A model generated the notes under the pieces. The model saw nothing but the letters and a program-made list of their open reading frames with translations, had not been told where the DNA came from and did no database searches. Made by a program: the position numbers and the translations under genes. From contig CAJVPI010000250.1 in the NCBI GenBank assembly GCA_910592345.1, positions 1 through 38,867 on the forward strand: a stretch of 38,867 bases of DNA. The letters run 5' to 3'. This document shows positions 12,356-25,572 of this stretch, in pieces. Source of the DNA: Paraglomus brasilianum (taxonomy: Eukaryota). Positions within the stretch are counted from its first letter, which is position 1, and every line of letters starts with the position of its first letter.

Positions 12356-13911
12356 CCTTTGAGCGAATCATGATCATCATAATGGGACCTGCGATGAAAC
12401 CATGTGACATATGCGAATGGCTGCGTGACGGCTTTGGAATGAAGAAGAAAAGTGGAACATTATTACTGAATCGATGCATTCATGGAGCGTCAGCATTTTA
12501 TTGATTTTACGTGACGCAGTAAACGTATCAGCGTGTTTATTTGGCTGTTCAAATATTCATCTATGGTTATTTGCTTACTCTCACGTTTTAATAACTCTTT
12601 ATCCTTTTTGTACATTCTATCCAATCGTCTCGTAGATATCTCCAATGTAAAATCACGGGCGTGCAATGGGTATAATTTCGTCCAATTAAAAAAATTTTCC
12701 AATCGTATAAATACCCCAAATAGCCGCCCTCAATTTTTTTTTTCACCTTCAATCAGTAGGAAAAAAACTTTACCTGTATACAAATCCACCTCGGTGGAGG
12801 CGTAAGCAAGTAAAGGATAATTTCCTTTGACATTAAATGATGAACATGGCATGTATTACCTGATAATATAATGATTAGGAAAAGACTGGCATGCGACAAG
12901 CCGCTTCTGATAATAAAGAAGGAAATTACTTGCTGATTGAAAGGTTTTTTGAGTGGATAACAGCAGTTTTTCGGTTGTTGAAAACGAAAGAAATAAAGTG
13001 AAATGTCTTTATCAAAACTTATCAACGTTGAATTTGTATTTATTGACTGTTTGCATGCATGAAAACCGAGTGAACGTAATGTCGCATTGAAATTTCGTCT
13101 TCCTTCACAATCTTATGTATTGCTGGAATAGGTAGTTCGATCGATCTAATATCCCTATATGAAAAGTTCCATCATAAATTGGGGACAAAAGTTCTACAAA
13201 CTTAGAGCCGTTAATCGATAACCCTAAAATATTTCTATTGATCAATGCGTTATCGCCGGCGAAGATTCATAACTGTTCCGTGAGCTATCTGGCCGTCTAC
13301 CCTTTTACCATAATGTCTACTGGCATTGCCCTCATCTTCCGCCAGAGGAAAAATAACGTTCTTGTTGAACATGTATGTTCCTTCATCTTGTGGCGAGTTT
13401 GATGACGAAGTCAACACTATAAATGTCACCTGCAATAGGAATGTGCTGGATAACTCTATTCCATTGCTTGCATGTAATGTTTCCTCATTTCATGAGCAGC
13501 TATTAAAAGTATAGATCCATCTATTTTGTAGTTACGTGTAATACGGTTAAGGATACCCTAACACCATACATATCCATTAAACGTCTGTAACTATGCCTTC
13601 GCCAGCATGTCAATAGATTTCCCGACTCTCAATTACTAACACTAAATGGATCGCATGCCCATAAATCGTTGGATGACTCATACAATAGATACTAATATCA
13701 CCTTCACAGAATAACAAACTAATCTATTGCAAAAGATGATATACTTACATGTGAAAAAGAAGTACTTTTTACTTTTGCTCGGCAGAAGGCAAGTGTTAAT
13801 TGTGATTAGCGTTGTTACGTCATTTCCAGGGGTACCCCCTTGATTGGCCTTCGAATTTGTAATAATAAAAGAGGAAATTATATCTTGGTTTGTTCTCTCT
13901 ATAACTTAATC

Positions 13912-14792
13912 ATGGTAAGAGAAAGTCTTGTAGTTCTGAAACACATGATCGGATCATTAGCAAAGAAGTAATAAATTAAAAACCTGTGTCAACAACGCAA
14001 TGGATTGGGAAAATGACTATGAGTATTCATCGATGTTAACGTAAGACTATCATACTCTTTTCTCTAACACGAAGGAAACACCTCGCTCACGTCTACGCCG
14101 CCGGAACTCAAATGTGTTTGCCATATTTGATGACAAGCAAATTATTGAATTCCAAGAGGCCTTCTCAGTGATCGATGTTGATTCTGATGGTTATATCGAT
14201 AAAGAGGACTTGAGAGACATGTTGCATAGTTTGGGTAAATTGTCGATATAGGGTGATGAGGCTTGTGTAGAAGTAGGAGAAACTCCTTGTAATTTCATAC
14301 CTTTCTTTCTCTTATTATTGCGTCTAATTTGCTTAGCATTGCCATCCTCACTGTTGTTTTTCTTCAGGTGAACATCCGACGGACCACTACTTGGATGATA
14401 TGATTAACGAAGCACCCGGAAACATTAACTTTGCCACTTTTCTCACTCTCATGGCGGGGAAGCTATGCGCAACAGATACAGAAGAGGATCTAATGAAGGC
14501 TTTCGAGATGATTGACGAGGAAAGGAAGGGAGTAATACCCGTCGATAGATTCAGATACATGATGACTAGGATGGGTGATCGGTTTACGGACAAGGAGGTA
14601 AGAAATATGTGAGGTTTAAAAGAAGAATATGCACTCTGTTATTATTTCTGGATAGGCATTTGAAGCAATTATATTAATATTTGTACTGATTTTCAGTTCG
14701 AGGCGATGACAACAGGAGTAATTGACTCGAGAAATAATTTTCACTATCGTGATTTTGTGAGAGCGCTGAAGCATGGGAATATTGATAAGTAA
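13912..14792 (+). CDS. rlc1: Myosin II regulatory light chain (EF-hand), 4 exons
   Basis: Exons 13912-13914 (ATG|gtaag), 14075-14234, ~14368-14597, ~14697-14792: [98 protein letters not shown]. The SNVF, EAPGxINF, GDRF and KHG motifs are typical of RLCs. Confidence 0.92.
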
Positions 14793-15685
14793 TTTATTCA
14801 CTATTCGATGATACCTGGTAATCAATTCTTTGAACTAGGTGACAATCTATCTTTCCGTCGTGGTCAGGCACGTAAAGGACTCTGTATTTGTATAACTAAT
14901 ATATAAAAGATATGTACAATACTGTTCAAAAGTGACCGTACACCCCTAATTCGGGACAGGAATAAATGCTTTGGAATTCCCCTGCGTATAATGTATTATA
15001 AACCCTAATTACTTGTAAAATTTTAGCTCTCCGTAAATTATCAAAGACCAAATATCTTCCTTTCGACATACCCATGCACGATTTCGGCCATAAATTCAGA
15101 AATTCACTTACTTCAACATCATCAGAATGCGTGAACAAATTGCTGTGTGGGTCGCTACTTGCACAATTGGAAATAATATAAGAAATTATAGCAATATATT
15201 TAAACATTTAAGAAATTGGTAAATGAAAGACGCAACCGAGCGTCAATAAAGCTACCCACCAGGTTACTATTGGCTCAGACCGCTTAGTCGCGACAAATTT
15301 GAGAAAAAGGTGCAAAACGCGTATCCATTATATCGACTTCTCATATTAAAGTACACCATATTGATAGCTTGTTCTCTCGATATGTAGTATGAGGGAAAAT
15401 CATTATCAAACTTTGTGTTCTGAAATACGTCGATAAACACGAGGCATGATGATTTAGTTAATATTTATAGCAAAAATTTTTGTAATGTTATAATGCTTGT
15501 GAGATAAGAGGAAAGAAAACGCTGTTCCGTTTAGGGTGAAAGGCAAGCTTATTTTATGAATAGATTTATTTAAGTTAATGAGATAATCGAATAACTATCG
15601 ACCATAATCCAAGTCGAAAAAGTTAATAACGCTGGACATTTACAAATTACTTTCTCTTCATGTCAACGTATTGTCCATCTTGTCT

Positions 15686-18009
15686 TTATACCTGAAACTC
15701 AATTGATATCTCATAACTATTTCTCGGTTTAGGCAAATCTCCGGTATGTAAGATCTTACTAGAATATTTACTCTCCTTCTCGAGACGTGATAAGGGCGTG
15801 ACGTCATTATGATAAATGGCATTCCATGCGTTGTCATCCTTGTTCACCTCTTTAAGAAGGAACTGAATATCTATCCAAACCGGCCATGCTTCTGGACGCT
15901 TGTCAGGATCAGCATCTCAGCAAATTTTTTATATTCCCCTGGTACCTAATCAGGCATCGATGGTCGTAGTCCACCCATAATATCGCATACTAAATCTCTA
16001 TCAAACTCTCTATCTCTAAAACCGGTGGCGATTAAATACATAATAATAAGTCTGATTCCTGAGTAAATTTGCAAGTATGAAAGACTTCCGGTGCAATAAA
16101 GGGTAAAATGCCCCGAATGGTTGGACTTGACTCGCGCGAATTCACCGATCGAGAGAGACCAAAATCGCATATGAATGATTTACTTATACGAAAGTCTTTT
16201 TCTGTCTCCGACGTATTGTCATGCAAAAGTATGTTTCCGCCATGAAGATCGCAATGCACAATTCCTGCATTATGAATATAACCCAGATGAAGAGCAATAT
16301 TAGCTAAATACTCTAATTTCATCTTCCACGTCAATTTGTTAATACTTTGACCCAAATAAGACAAAAGACTTCCATTGTTAGCATATTCCATAATACTGAT
16401 GTTTCTGGGTCTTGTGTGTATCCATGAATTTCAAGGAATCGTGCATGTCAGTTTGTGTACTTGGCATAATTATGATTTCTGAACTATAATAATAAAAATA
16501 TCAGGTTAAATATCCGATTCAGTTAATAATATCAAAGATCTTACCTCGGAAATAAATAATTCCGGCATCTGATCAAAAATGTTAAAGCGCTTCAGAACAA
16601 CAATTTCTGACATTTGCTTTATTTTCGAATACTTTTTATATTTGGCAGTATAAATCGTTCCATATCCACCGGATCCAAAAGATGTTGTGAACTGGAAAAC
16701 CACAAGAACCAGAAGCAGTATCAATCATAAATTCTCCTTTTTTTGGATTTAACATTTTTACGCACAATCTTCTTAACTTCACAAAAGTCGCAGTACTGCA
16801 TATACTTTACATGCCTAATACGCTGTACAAATCTATCCAGTATGTATCTCATGATAAAACACCAAATAATGTTTATGTGTAGATGGTTCTTGGGTAATTC
16901 CGATTATCCAAATATTGTCTGGTGTCAAGATCGTTGGGTATTCCTTAGTTATCTATTTGAGTAAACAGAAGATACAGTCAAGTATTACAATAAATCAACG
17001 ACTTAAACGTGCGAACAATTGTTATTGATACTATTCGCATTGTTTCGCATGAAATAATTTACCTGATAAAAGTCAAATGCCTGAGCATCCTGTTCATCGG
17101 CTATTTTTTTGAGTGTCACTCTTGTCGGTTTTATTACCGTTACTGTTCCTACTACCCAATCTGCTTCTGTTGTACATGCCAAACATACCCCGTCTTGTTC
17201 TCTTATTAGATAATACTTTTCTTGTCTCGTGTTGTAAGTAAATCCAATAGTAATCCAAGCATTATTGATAAGAATATCTGGATGCTCATTACATGACTAG
17301 TGTAAATAATACGTTATTCTATATTAATAGCTATCCAAACAATTCAATAAAATATGATGTATAATTGAACAGTTACGTGCTTTGTCATAATATGAATCAT
17401 CTGTCTCATTTGTTATCTCAAGCAGAGTCAATCTTGCAATTAGAAGTAGGCAGACAATGTAATCGTTGTACACCATAATCTCCCCAATCTTCAATACAAT
17501 CAATGTAATCAGATGGAACCCATTCCAAATAGGCTTCGTTTGCCGAGTTTGTTTGTTTTTAATAAACTTATCGAATTGCTTATTGTTGCTTGTCCATCTA
17601 CCAGATAACTGCTTATATCCACAAATGCACCACACAGGACTACATCACCATAAAGAGAGTAGTAATGGTAGAAGCGTTTGTGAGCAACGATATAGCAGTT
17701 ATTTTCATATTGGGTAAATTCATATATTGCACTATTGCGACAGACAACTAAGCCATGTGGAATATCTTCTGAACTGTAGAGCGTCGAGCATGTGCTTGTA
17801 TGTTGGAAGTGAGTATATTCCAGCAAACTCACTCACAAGTGATAGCAACGCTATTACCGTTTCATCATCATTATGCTTGCGAATAGCGTAGTAAACGTTG
17901 TCAACTTGGCTTGACTTTAGGTCAGTAATCTCTGAATAAGTTTATGTTCACTTGCTAAGGACAATTGAATCAAGTTGTCGATTGTTTTATGAATCTTTGC
18001 TAACGACAT
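15686..18009 (-). pseudogene. Disrupted multi-module TKL-type kinase; inverted paralogue of 25573-28022
   Basis: Fragments MSLAKIHKTIDNLIQLSLASEHKL, WCICGYKQLSGRWTSNNKQFDKFI, GSGGYGTIY..VVLKRF, MEYANNGSL..HCDLHGGN..DFGLS..FIAPE and KYSSKILHTGDLPKPRNS fall in different frames. There are several frameshifts, in-frame stops (e.g. MPD*) and deletions relative to the + copy. Confidence 0.9.
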
Positions 18010-21000
18010 CGTTTCTGTTTTAGAGAGCATTCTTACACATTTTTGTGCTACTGCAAACGTGGTTATCATTTCTAATGCGGCATCATCTATTTCCACTATA
18101 TATGGGTAAAGACGTAAGCATAATGTGTTCATGATAAGTAATAACTTGAAACGTTAATAACCAGATTTACGTTCATGTCAATGACAGCGGCGTACCACTA
18201 ATGTATTAGTCGTTAGTATTAGTCGTCTTGTTGCTGCAAATCGAATTAGAAGGAAATCCTTGTTGGCAATAAACGCGCATGATATCCAATCAGCATTATT
18301 TTGCCCATTTGCATTTTGCATGTACATGCACGGCATCTGGAAACGACATCATCCTAACAATTATGGATAATGTCGTTTCCAATTTAATTAAATTGGTACA
18401 AGCTCTAATTGTATTCTAGCAGAAAAACACGATATTTGATTATATTTAAATGCATTTGTTATCATTGCTAAACCCAACAACGAAATGCGTACAGGTAGTT
18501 TACAAACGTGAAGACAACATAAAGGTTAGATCTTTTACTGAATGGCTAGACATAGAGGGGTTGACCCCATTATCTTGTAAATAGTATTTAGCACCTTCAT
18601 GGTATCTATATAAAGAATAGGTTGATTTTTACTAGCAGCGCAGCTAGTTTCACCCAATAAATTAGCCACAGTAAGCTCACTGCTGGCAAGATATGCTGGC
18701 TTTCATAACACTATTAGCGTCTAACTTTCTATATAAGGAGAATAAACAAAATCTTTGAATACATAAGCTTACTAATTATTTGAATAGAATTGTAATAGTC
18801 TCTTTTGCGCGAGCAACAAAAAAGAAGACCAAACTTCACAAAAAGCAAAAAGTCCAAAATAGCCCCGTATAAATTACCGAATAATGAATATTGCGAATAT
18901 TAATAACTACGTTTTGTCAAACGTGTATCGAATAACGAATGAGAATAGTAATATGCGAATAATTAGTAGTGTATGGTGAATCAGCACCTTAGCATATTCT
19001 TTTAAACAAAAATATTTTTTTATCTTGTGTATCGTTGCTCTAAAATAACAATATATTTCCTGTTTAATTAATTTGTTTCATTTCATTCAAAAAAATTTTT
19101 TTTACTTCAGATTCTAACTAACGCTTTGAAATATTTATGAAACGTCTGCGCTTTGTATTATCATTTTAACTTATTCGTGCGGTTTTCCATGCTTTTGCCT
19201 ATCGTGTATATGAAATATAAAACAATTTTGTTGCAATGCAGATTTTCGTACCTACCGTTTTCATTATTGTAAACATGATTACATGTTCGATTAAAAATTG
19301 CCCTTTGCTTTGATGTTTTTTTTATTCCATAACATAAAAATACAGCACAGATGAACAACTCCTTTAGTTCGCTATGTATTACTTAATTAATTAATTAACT
19401 GATGAATCCTATTGTTTGTGGCTGTTCTCCAAAAACATTCTGCCTGTCACACATCTTGTTCCAACTTGACACTTTTGACTAATAAAGGAAATTTTCTTCC
19501 ATCTATTTGCTTGCCCAAAGTATTAATATGCATCATTATCATACGCTTGTGTTATCAGCACAACACTTTTGTGGATTACGATATATGTACAACTTACGCA
19601 TGTGTCCATTTAATATATAATTCAAGCAACAACAATGATATGTCATTTATATCAACGGCGATGAAATGGAGCAGAGTCGACTCAAAAAACCAGTCTTCCA
19701 GGCTACCTATCACAAATGTAATGCCGCTATCGTCACCAGAACAGTAGAGGATAAAATGTTTCCGTTGTGGGACTTCTTATTATCAAGACTATAAATGACG
19801 TATACTTTTATTGTTGACCTTGTATTGTGTATCATAATTCCAGATAATTATACTTATGTACATATTTTACTTCACATGGATTTCACATAACTTTGTTTTG
19901 TGTACGATGTATGTATGTAACTAGTAACCTATAAAGAGTTTCAATTTCAATCAATTTTGGATTAAATCTAACTGACTTAGTATCAGCTGCCTGCTTTTCT
20001 TGAGGTCTTGCCCACTAGCACGAGCCATCAGGCGGGACGCACTACTAGCGATTTGCATAGAAGCAAGGCAGGCGCTCGTTTAGTCTTAAACTTAACTGAC
20101 AGCAGACAGTACGACACCACCCATTTTAGAAAAAAAAAATTTTTTGTACTGTTTCTTTTATAGTTGTTGCATGTGTTGCCAAACAGAATGGTATAAAATC
20201 AATTATGTGTTTTACAAAGTTTCACTGCATGCTATAGTGAACAGCTTGCTCAATAGAATGTAACAAGCTTTGAGTAATTTTCGATGGACATCCACTACTC
20301 TTTTTGTAACAATTTGCAAATTGTTATGATTACGATATTGCAATATCATTGAGTAATAGTGAAGACGATACTATTTAGTGTATTATCTATGTCGTAATAT
20401 GTTTACGCTTTTATTGCATCATTATTTAGTATTAGTTATTATGTAGTCATAATTATATATATATTTTTATATCATATATCGTCATAGTTATATACAGATA
20501 TCGTCGCGGAATATGTAAATATAAAAGAACATTATCTTACTCAATAAAACAATGACTTTTTAGTTGAACGTCTAATAAATCGTCCACTGACTTTGAGATT
20601 ACTAACATTATTTCGAAGTCTTTTACACTTTTAGTTCAATAGAGCTGCATTCTTTGAGCTTGCGAAAATTATTCTCAACTGTATGTAGAAAATATAAAAA
20701 AATTTTTTTTTTCACTGAATGAATATTATTTTGCCAAAAGTGTAAAATAGCATGCATGTCACTGAGTTTCAAATTTAGATTTAAGCCCTACAAAGACAAA
20801 CTTTTAAATTACCATACTTATAGAAACTGGCAATAATAAAAAAAAATGAACAAAATCAGTAAATGAAATAAAGCAAGTTTGCTAATACAAACACACTCAG
20901 TAAAAAGTTAATATAAATAAGTTCACATTTTTAATAGCCAATTGCTAAGTTGCTTATTCTTTTAGTCCAACAGTTGCCTTTTTACATATAGTGAGTCTAT

Positions 21001-21299
21001 ACATTAACTGTGCATGTAATCATTGGGTGTACACAGAAACATATGCTTATTGGGTTATGTCTATTGATAGTCACTGCACTCAAGATATTCATATTACCAC
21101 AATAATGAGTGATTTATTCTTATAGAAGGTTGAAATAATGATATCAGTATAGTAACAGATAGTTACATAATAGTACTGTTATGCATTTTGTTAATTAAGA
21201 ACAAAATATTAACATCAATTTTTTTTACAATACAACATACTAATGTCTACTAGATTATTGTATAACTAATGTTTAACTACTTATAGTTTTCCTATCTTC

Positions 21300-21870
21300 A
21301 AGAATCAGCATCTCCTTGTTCAGCTGCTTTTTGATACAGTTCAAATGCTTCCCAACATCTTTTTCACTACAATCCCATTTTGGTAACATTATACTGAGCA
21401 TTAGCATGTCCTTGTTCAGCTGCTTTTTGATACAACTCAACTGCCTTTTTAGCATCTTTTCCTATTCCAATTCCAAATTGATAGCAATAACCAAGGTTAT
21501 CCTGTGCAACAGCAAGTCCTTGTTCAGCTGCTTTTTGATACAGTTTAACTGCCTTCTTAGTATCTTTTTCTACTCCAGTCCCATAATAATAGCATTCACC
21601 AAGCTTATTCTGAGCATTAGCATGTCCTTGTTCAGCTGCTTTTTGATACAACTCAACTGCCTTTTTAGCATCTTTTTCTATTCCAATTCCATTTCTATAG
21701 CAAACACCAAGGTTATTCTGAGCATTAGCATGTCCTTGTTCAGCTGCTTTTTGATACAACTCAACTGCCTTTTTAGCATCTTTTCCTATTCCAATTCCAA
21801 ATTGATAGCAATAACCAAGGTTATACTGAGCAAAAACATTATCTCTTTCTGCTGACAATTTATACCAATA
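21300..21870 (-). repeat. 108-bp tandem SEL1 coding repeats (4 intact, plus degenerate flanking units)
   Basis: The block CATGTCCTTGTTCAGCTGCTTTTTGATACA recurs at 21405, 21621 and 21729, with a variant at ~21513, giving a 108-nt period. Confidence 0.95.
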
Positions 21871-23216
21871 GACTGCTTGATTAAGGTTCTTTCCAACTGA
21901 TATTCCATATGCATAGAAAAACCCAATTAACCAAAAACATTGTCCACAATCAATATGGTCCTTGAGTCTTTTGACAGGAAGATAATCCTGTTTATGCCAT
22001 CCATTATGTACTAACCAGTCTTTAATTGAGTTGGCAACCTGATCTTGACTTTTTTTCTTTAAAAATTCTTCCTGGTATTTACTTGACAGCACATCAGAAA
22101 ATGGATGTTCTGAAGGCATTACAAGTTGAGATATCATGCCTAATCTATCAACAATCTGCTCACAAGATGGTCTTTTTTCAGGCAGATCATCCCAACATGC
22201 TGAATGTAATGTGATATATTCTTCAGGGGTTCCTGAAACTGGAGCATCTCGTTTACCATTCAATCTATAGCTCACAATATCGTCATAATGCTGGAGTCCA
22301 TCACATGGTTTCTTTCCGCCAGAGATTTCCCATAACACCACTCCAAAACTAAATATATCTGACTTTTTATCACGTTTAGTAGAAGTGTCATATAAACATC
22401 TGGGGTCAAGATATGGAAGAGTTTCTTGAACGTCTGAACAGCTTTTCTGCTGTAAGATCAGATCTGACAAGCCAAAGTCTGTTAACTTCGCAACGCCAGC
22501 ATGAATCAATATATTATGAGGAGTCTAATAAAACCAAGTTGCCAAATTACTGGTGAATATTCCAAACAAATATAATATTATAAAATTACCATCTACAAAC
22601 AACGATAGTTACCAGATTTTTATGTAAAATATCAAGTCCGTGGAGATATCGTAATCCGTCAATGATATTGATACCAAGTTTGCATCTTGCAAACCAGTCC
22701 AATTCAATCGATGTGTTTGATAGATAATGTCGTAGTGAGCCGCCATCCGCATACTCGAAGACTATGACATATCTACTTAGCGGATCTTTTGATTCAAATA
22801 ACCGAACAATTTGTTAATGTCATATTCGTGTTTACAACGTAATCCAATTTACTCAATGCTTACCCTCACTCAATCCGAAGAACCGAATGATGTTAGGATG
22901 GTCATCGACCTTGCAAAGAATCTTGAGCTGAAAGTATGGTCGTGTAATCTAAGTAAACAAGGATATCCAATGTGCACATTATCATAATACCAACCTGTTG
23001 TACCACATTTTCGAACATCTCATCCTCATTTTCTGAATGAAGAGGCCTGTATGCGATCATTCTACCAAGTGTTTTGGCTTTCGCTTTGAAAACTGCTCCA
23101 TATCTTCCAATACCGATGCACAGTGACTCAATAAAATCATAGAAAGCGTAAAACTGGATGCTTCCATCTTCGATACTTTTCCTTAACCACTCTTTATCAG
23201 AGTGACTTGAGGCCAT
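21367..23216 (-). CDS. TKL-type pseudokinase with C-terminal SEL1-like repeats, 4 exons; last repeat frameshifted
   Basis: Exons 23216-22995, 22927-22864, 22785-22613, 22524-21367. IGIGRYGAVF..MIAYRPL..HPNIIRFFG..EYADGGSL..LHKNLTPHNILI..DFG..PYLDP..SDIFSFGVVLWE..CW..RPS, followed by AQxNLGxCYxxGxGxxKDxxKAVELYQKAAEQG repeats. Confidence 0.92.
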
Positions 23217-25572
23217 GTTTTTGTTGTTGTTGTAACAAGTCTTTATACATAACTAGTACTAGGGAGTTATAAAATTGCTTCGCACGTGATCAACAATGGT
23301 TGTACATAAATTTCGTTTAGTGTGTTAGTATGAGAGTTGGTGAGGTTTTATTTTGTAGCTTTTCGGTTATTCAGGTTTATGGTATATACTGTATCGATGT
23401 ATGGTAGCATCAATATGAGAATTTTATAATTCCCTCTCGTCTTCTACCACAAACATCTCCGACCTATTGGCTTCCTAGACTTACTCTTAAAACTTGCTTT
23501 TCCAACTCTGATTCGGCTTTGGTTTCTTCAATAACATTACCTAACTCGCTACCAAACCCTTGCCGTTTGCCTGCTACTCACTTCCTTCTTCTCACTGAGA
23601 ACAGTTAATAATCGACACTAGGAATTTAGCTAGTTTCGGCAGAGCTGGCGCCTCCTTCTCTAGGTAAATCTCGGGTTACAGTTAGTGACCTTGTCCAATC
23701 AAGGCCTTGCACTTACGAAAACCTTCCCGCCATAGAGTGACGCTAATCCTGGATATATCGAGTAATTCTATCGGCTCCTAAGATGGGATTGATTCTTAGT
23801 CTACCGTTTTGGGGTACAATAGTATTTTAACTATAATAATGCGCGTCTATATAACAATTAATTATCGTAATTTGCCACTCTCTAGTAATCGCGGGACAAG
23901 AGGCGATTATTCTTTATCGATATAGGGATTAGCGGTTTCTCAGCTATACCGATAAGTTACCAGCCAGTGAATGAATCATCAACAATGTATTTTAGAGTAT
24001 AAAGAACCACTCGTTTATTTACAATAAAGGAATCGGAACATTCTAAACATGCACTTATTGACTTTCCTCTATTTAACTGAAATCTACGCTACTTATATAT
24101 CTTTCGAGATCTATTTTTAGCAGCTATTTCTAATCATCTATCGAATATTTTCAGCAGCGCTGCTACACCCAACAAAATGACCATTTAAGAAAACTTTTGT
24201 ATTCTTCCATAATACAAGTAATTAATTGGTTTTACTCGAAAAAAGCTTTATTAAATTTCTGAATGGGTGGAAGAAGGACACCATGTTGTTATTTTTCTGT
24301 GTAGTAGGATTTTAGGGGGCAAATGGTTTAGGTTGAGTTTTGTGGAGGCAATTTTGCCACCGACTGGTGCATGTAGGCGGTATGCGATGATCTGAAGTCG
24401 GTGAGTTATTTACTTTGAGTATTTTATATAGTGGGTTGAAGAAGAGTATATAAAGAAAAAGAAATATACTTTTAAAATGTTATCTGTATCTCCTACGATA
24501 TTCCATTCAAGTTCGATGATGTCGTCCTTTCTGAAACGGTTTATGGTTGGGGAGTCGACAGGAGAGAGGTATGAAGGCTTCTATTGTGATATTAGTTTGA
24601 GATTTAAGAAGAATGCATCAGCTAACGATGTAATAATCATATTAGCCACGGACAGTAGCGCGGACAAATTTGAAGGTGGCGGGCGTTGCTTAAAAAAAAA
24701 TAGGACATAGTAATGGTGGTTGTGGTAGAGTTTTTTAAAGATAAGAAAAATTAGTATTGGAATGAAAAAGATGTTGTTGTCGTCATTATGTTGTTGTTGA
24801 TTTGAGCGTTCATAAGGAATGGTTGGTTTGGTGGTATTGACGAGCGTTTTTGTATGGGAATTAATATGTTTATTGGTTGTTTGGAAAAGGGAAATAGTAA
24901 TAGGTAATAGGTTATTTGTATTAATAATAATAATAATAATAAACAGTAATCATGGCATTGTTTACATTATTATTAAGAATATCGAAAAAAGAAGTAGCTT
25001 TGTTATTTCGTATAAAGAAAAAATGTTGGTTGTGTGTCTGTAACCTTATTGATGGTAATTTATAACTGGAAATGGTGGGTCTGGTTCATTCCCCAACAAT
25101 CACTTCCCCGACCCAACAATTATTTCGAAGTTATCTTTTTTGTGCTAGGTATGACTGCCAGACCTTCCCACTTAGCTAAATGATACTATTATAAACAACT
25201 TGATTATCTTTTTATACGTCCATCATCAGCTATCCTGATTTGTTTGAAAAACAATGTGACTACTTTATTCAAGCGAATGACGTAAAAGAGAAGGGAGCGG
25301 AACCCTGACTGATCAAGCCGTAAATCAAAAGTCGCCGACCCAGCATCGTCTAAACCGAATTTGTCTCTTCTGCTATTTTATACTAACATACATATCCAGA
25401 ACGTCTTCTATTCATATTAATATTAATACTTACTTCCTTCTGTGCTACTCACTAGTCTTTTTTGAGGGAACAAGCCGATTAGTCATTGTTAATGCGATGT
25501 AACACAATAATTGTTGAAGAATTAGAATGATTTTCTTCGGAAATTGTTGAAACCCTTTTTTATTCCAAAACT

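Noticed and set aside
13250..13514. Small ORFs between the reductase and the myosin light chain
   Set aside because: No motif and no convincing splice chain.
14926..15207. 93-aa minus-strand ORF
   Set aside because: No recognisable family; cannot be linked to the neighbouring pseudogene.
18870..18965. Clustered CGAATA motifs (similar TTACCGAATAAT at ~32445) as transposon sub-terminal repeats
   Set aside because: No matching termini or TSD identified; too weak to call.
21316..21855. 179-aa repetitive + strand ORF; repeat array as CRISPR-like
   Set aside because: Antisense of the SEL1 coding repeats. The units are contiguous 36-codon repeats with no unique spacers, in a eukaryotic gene.
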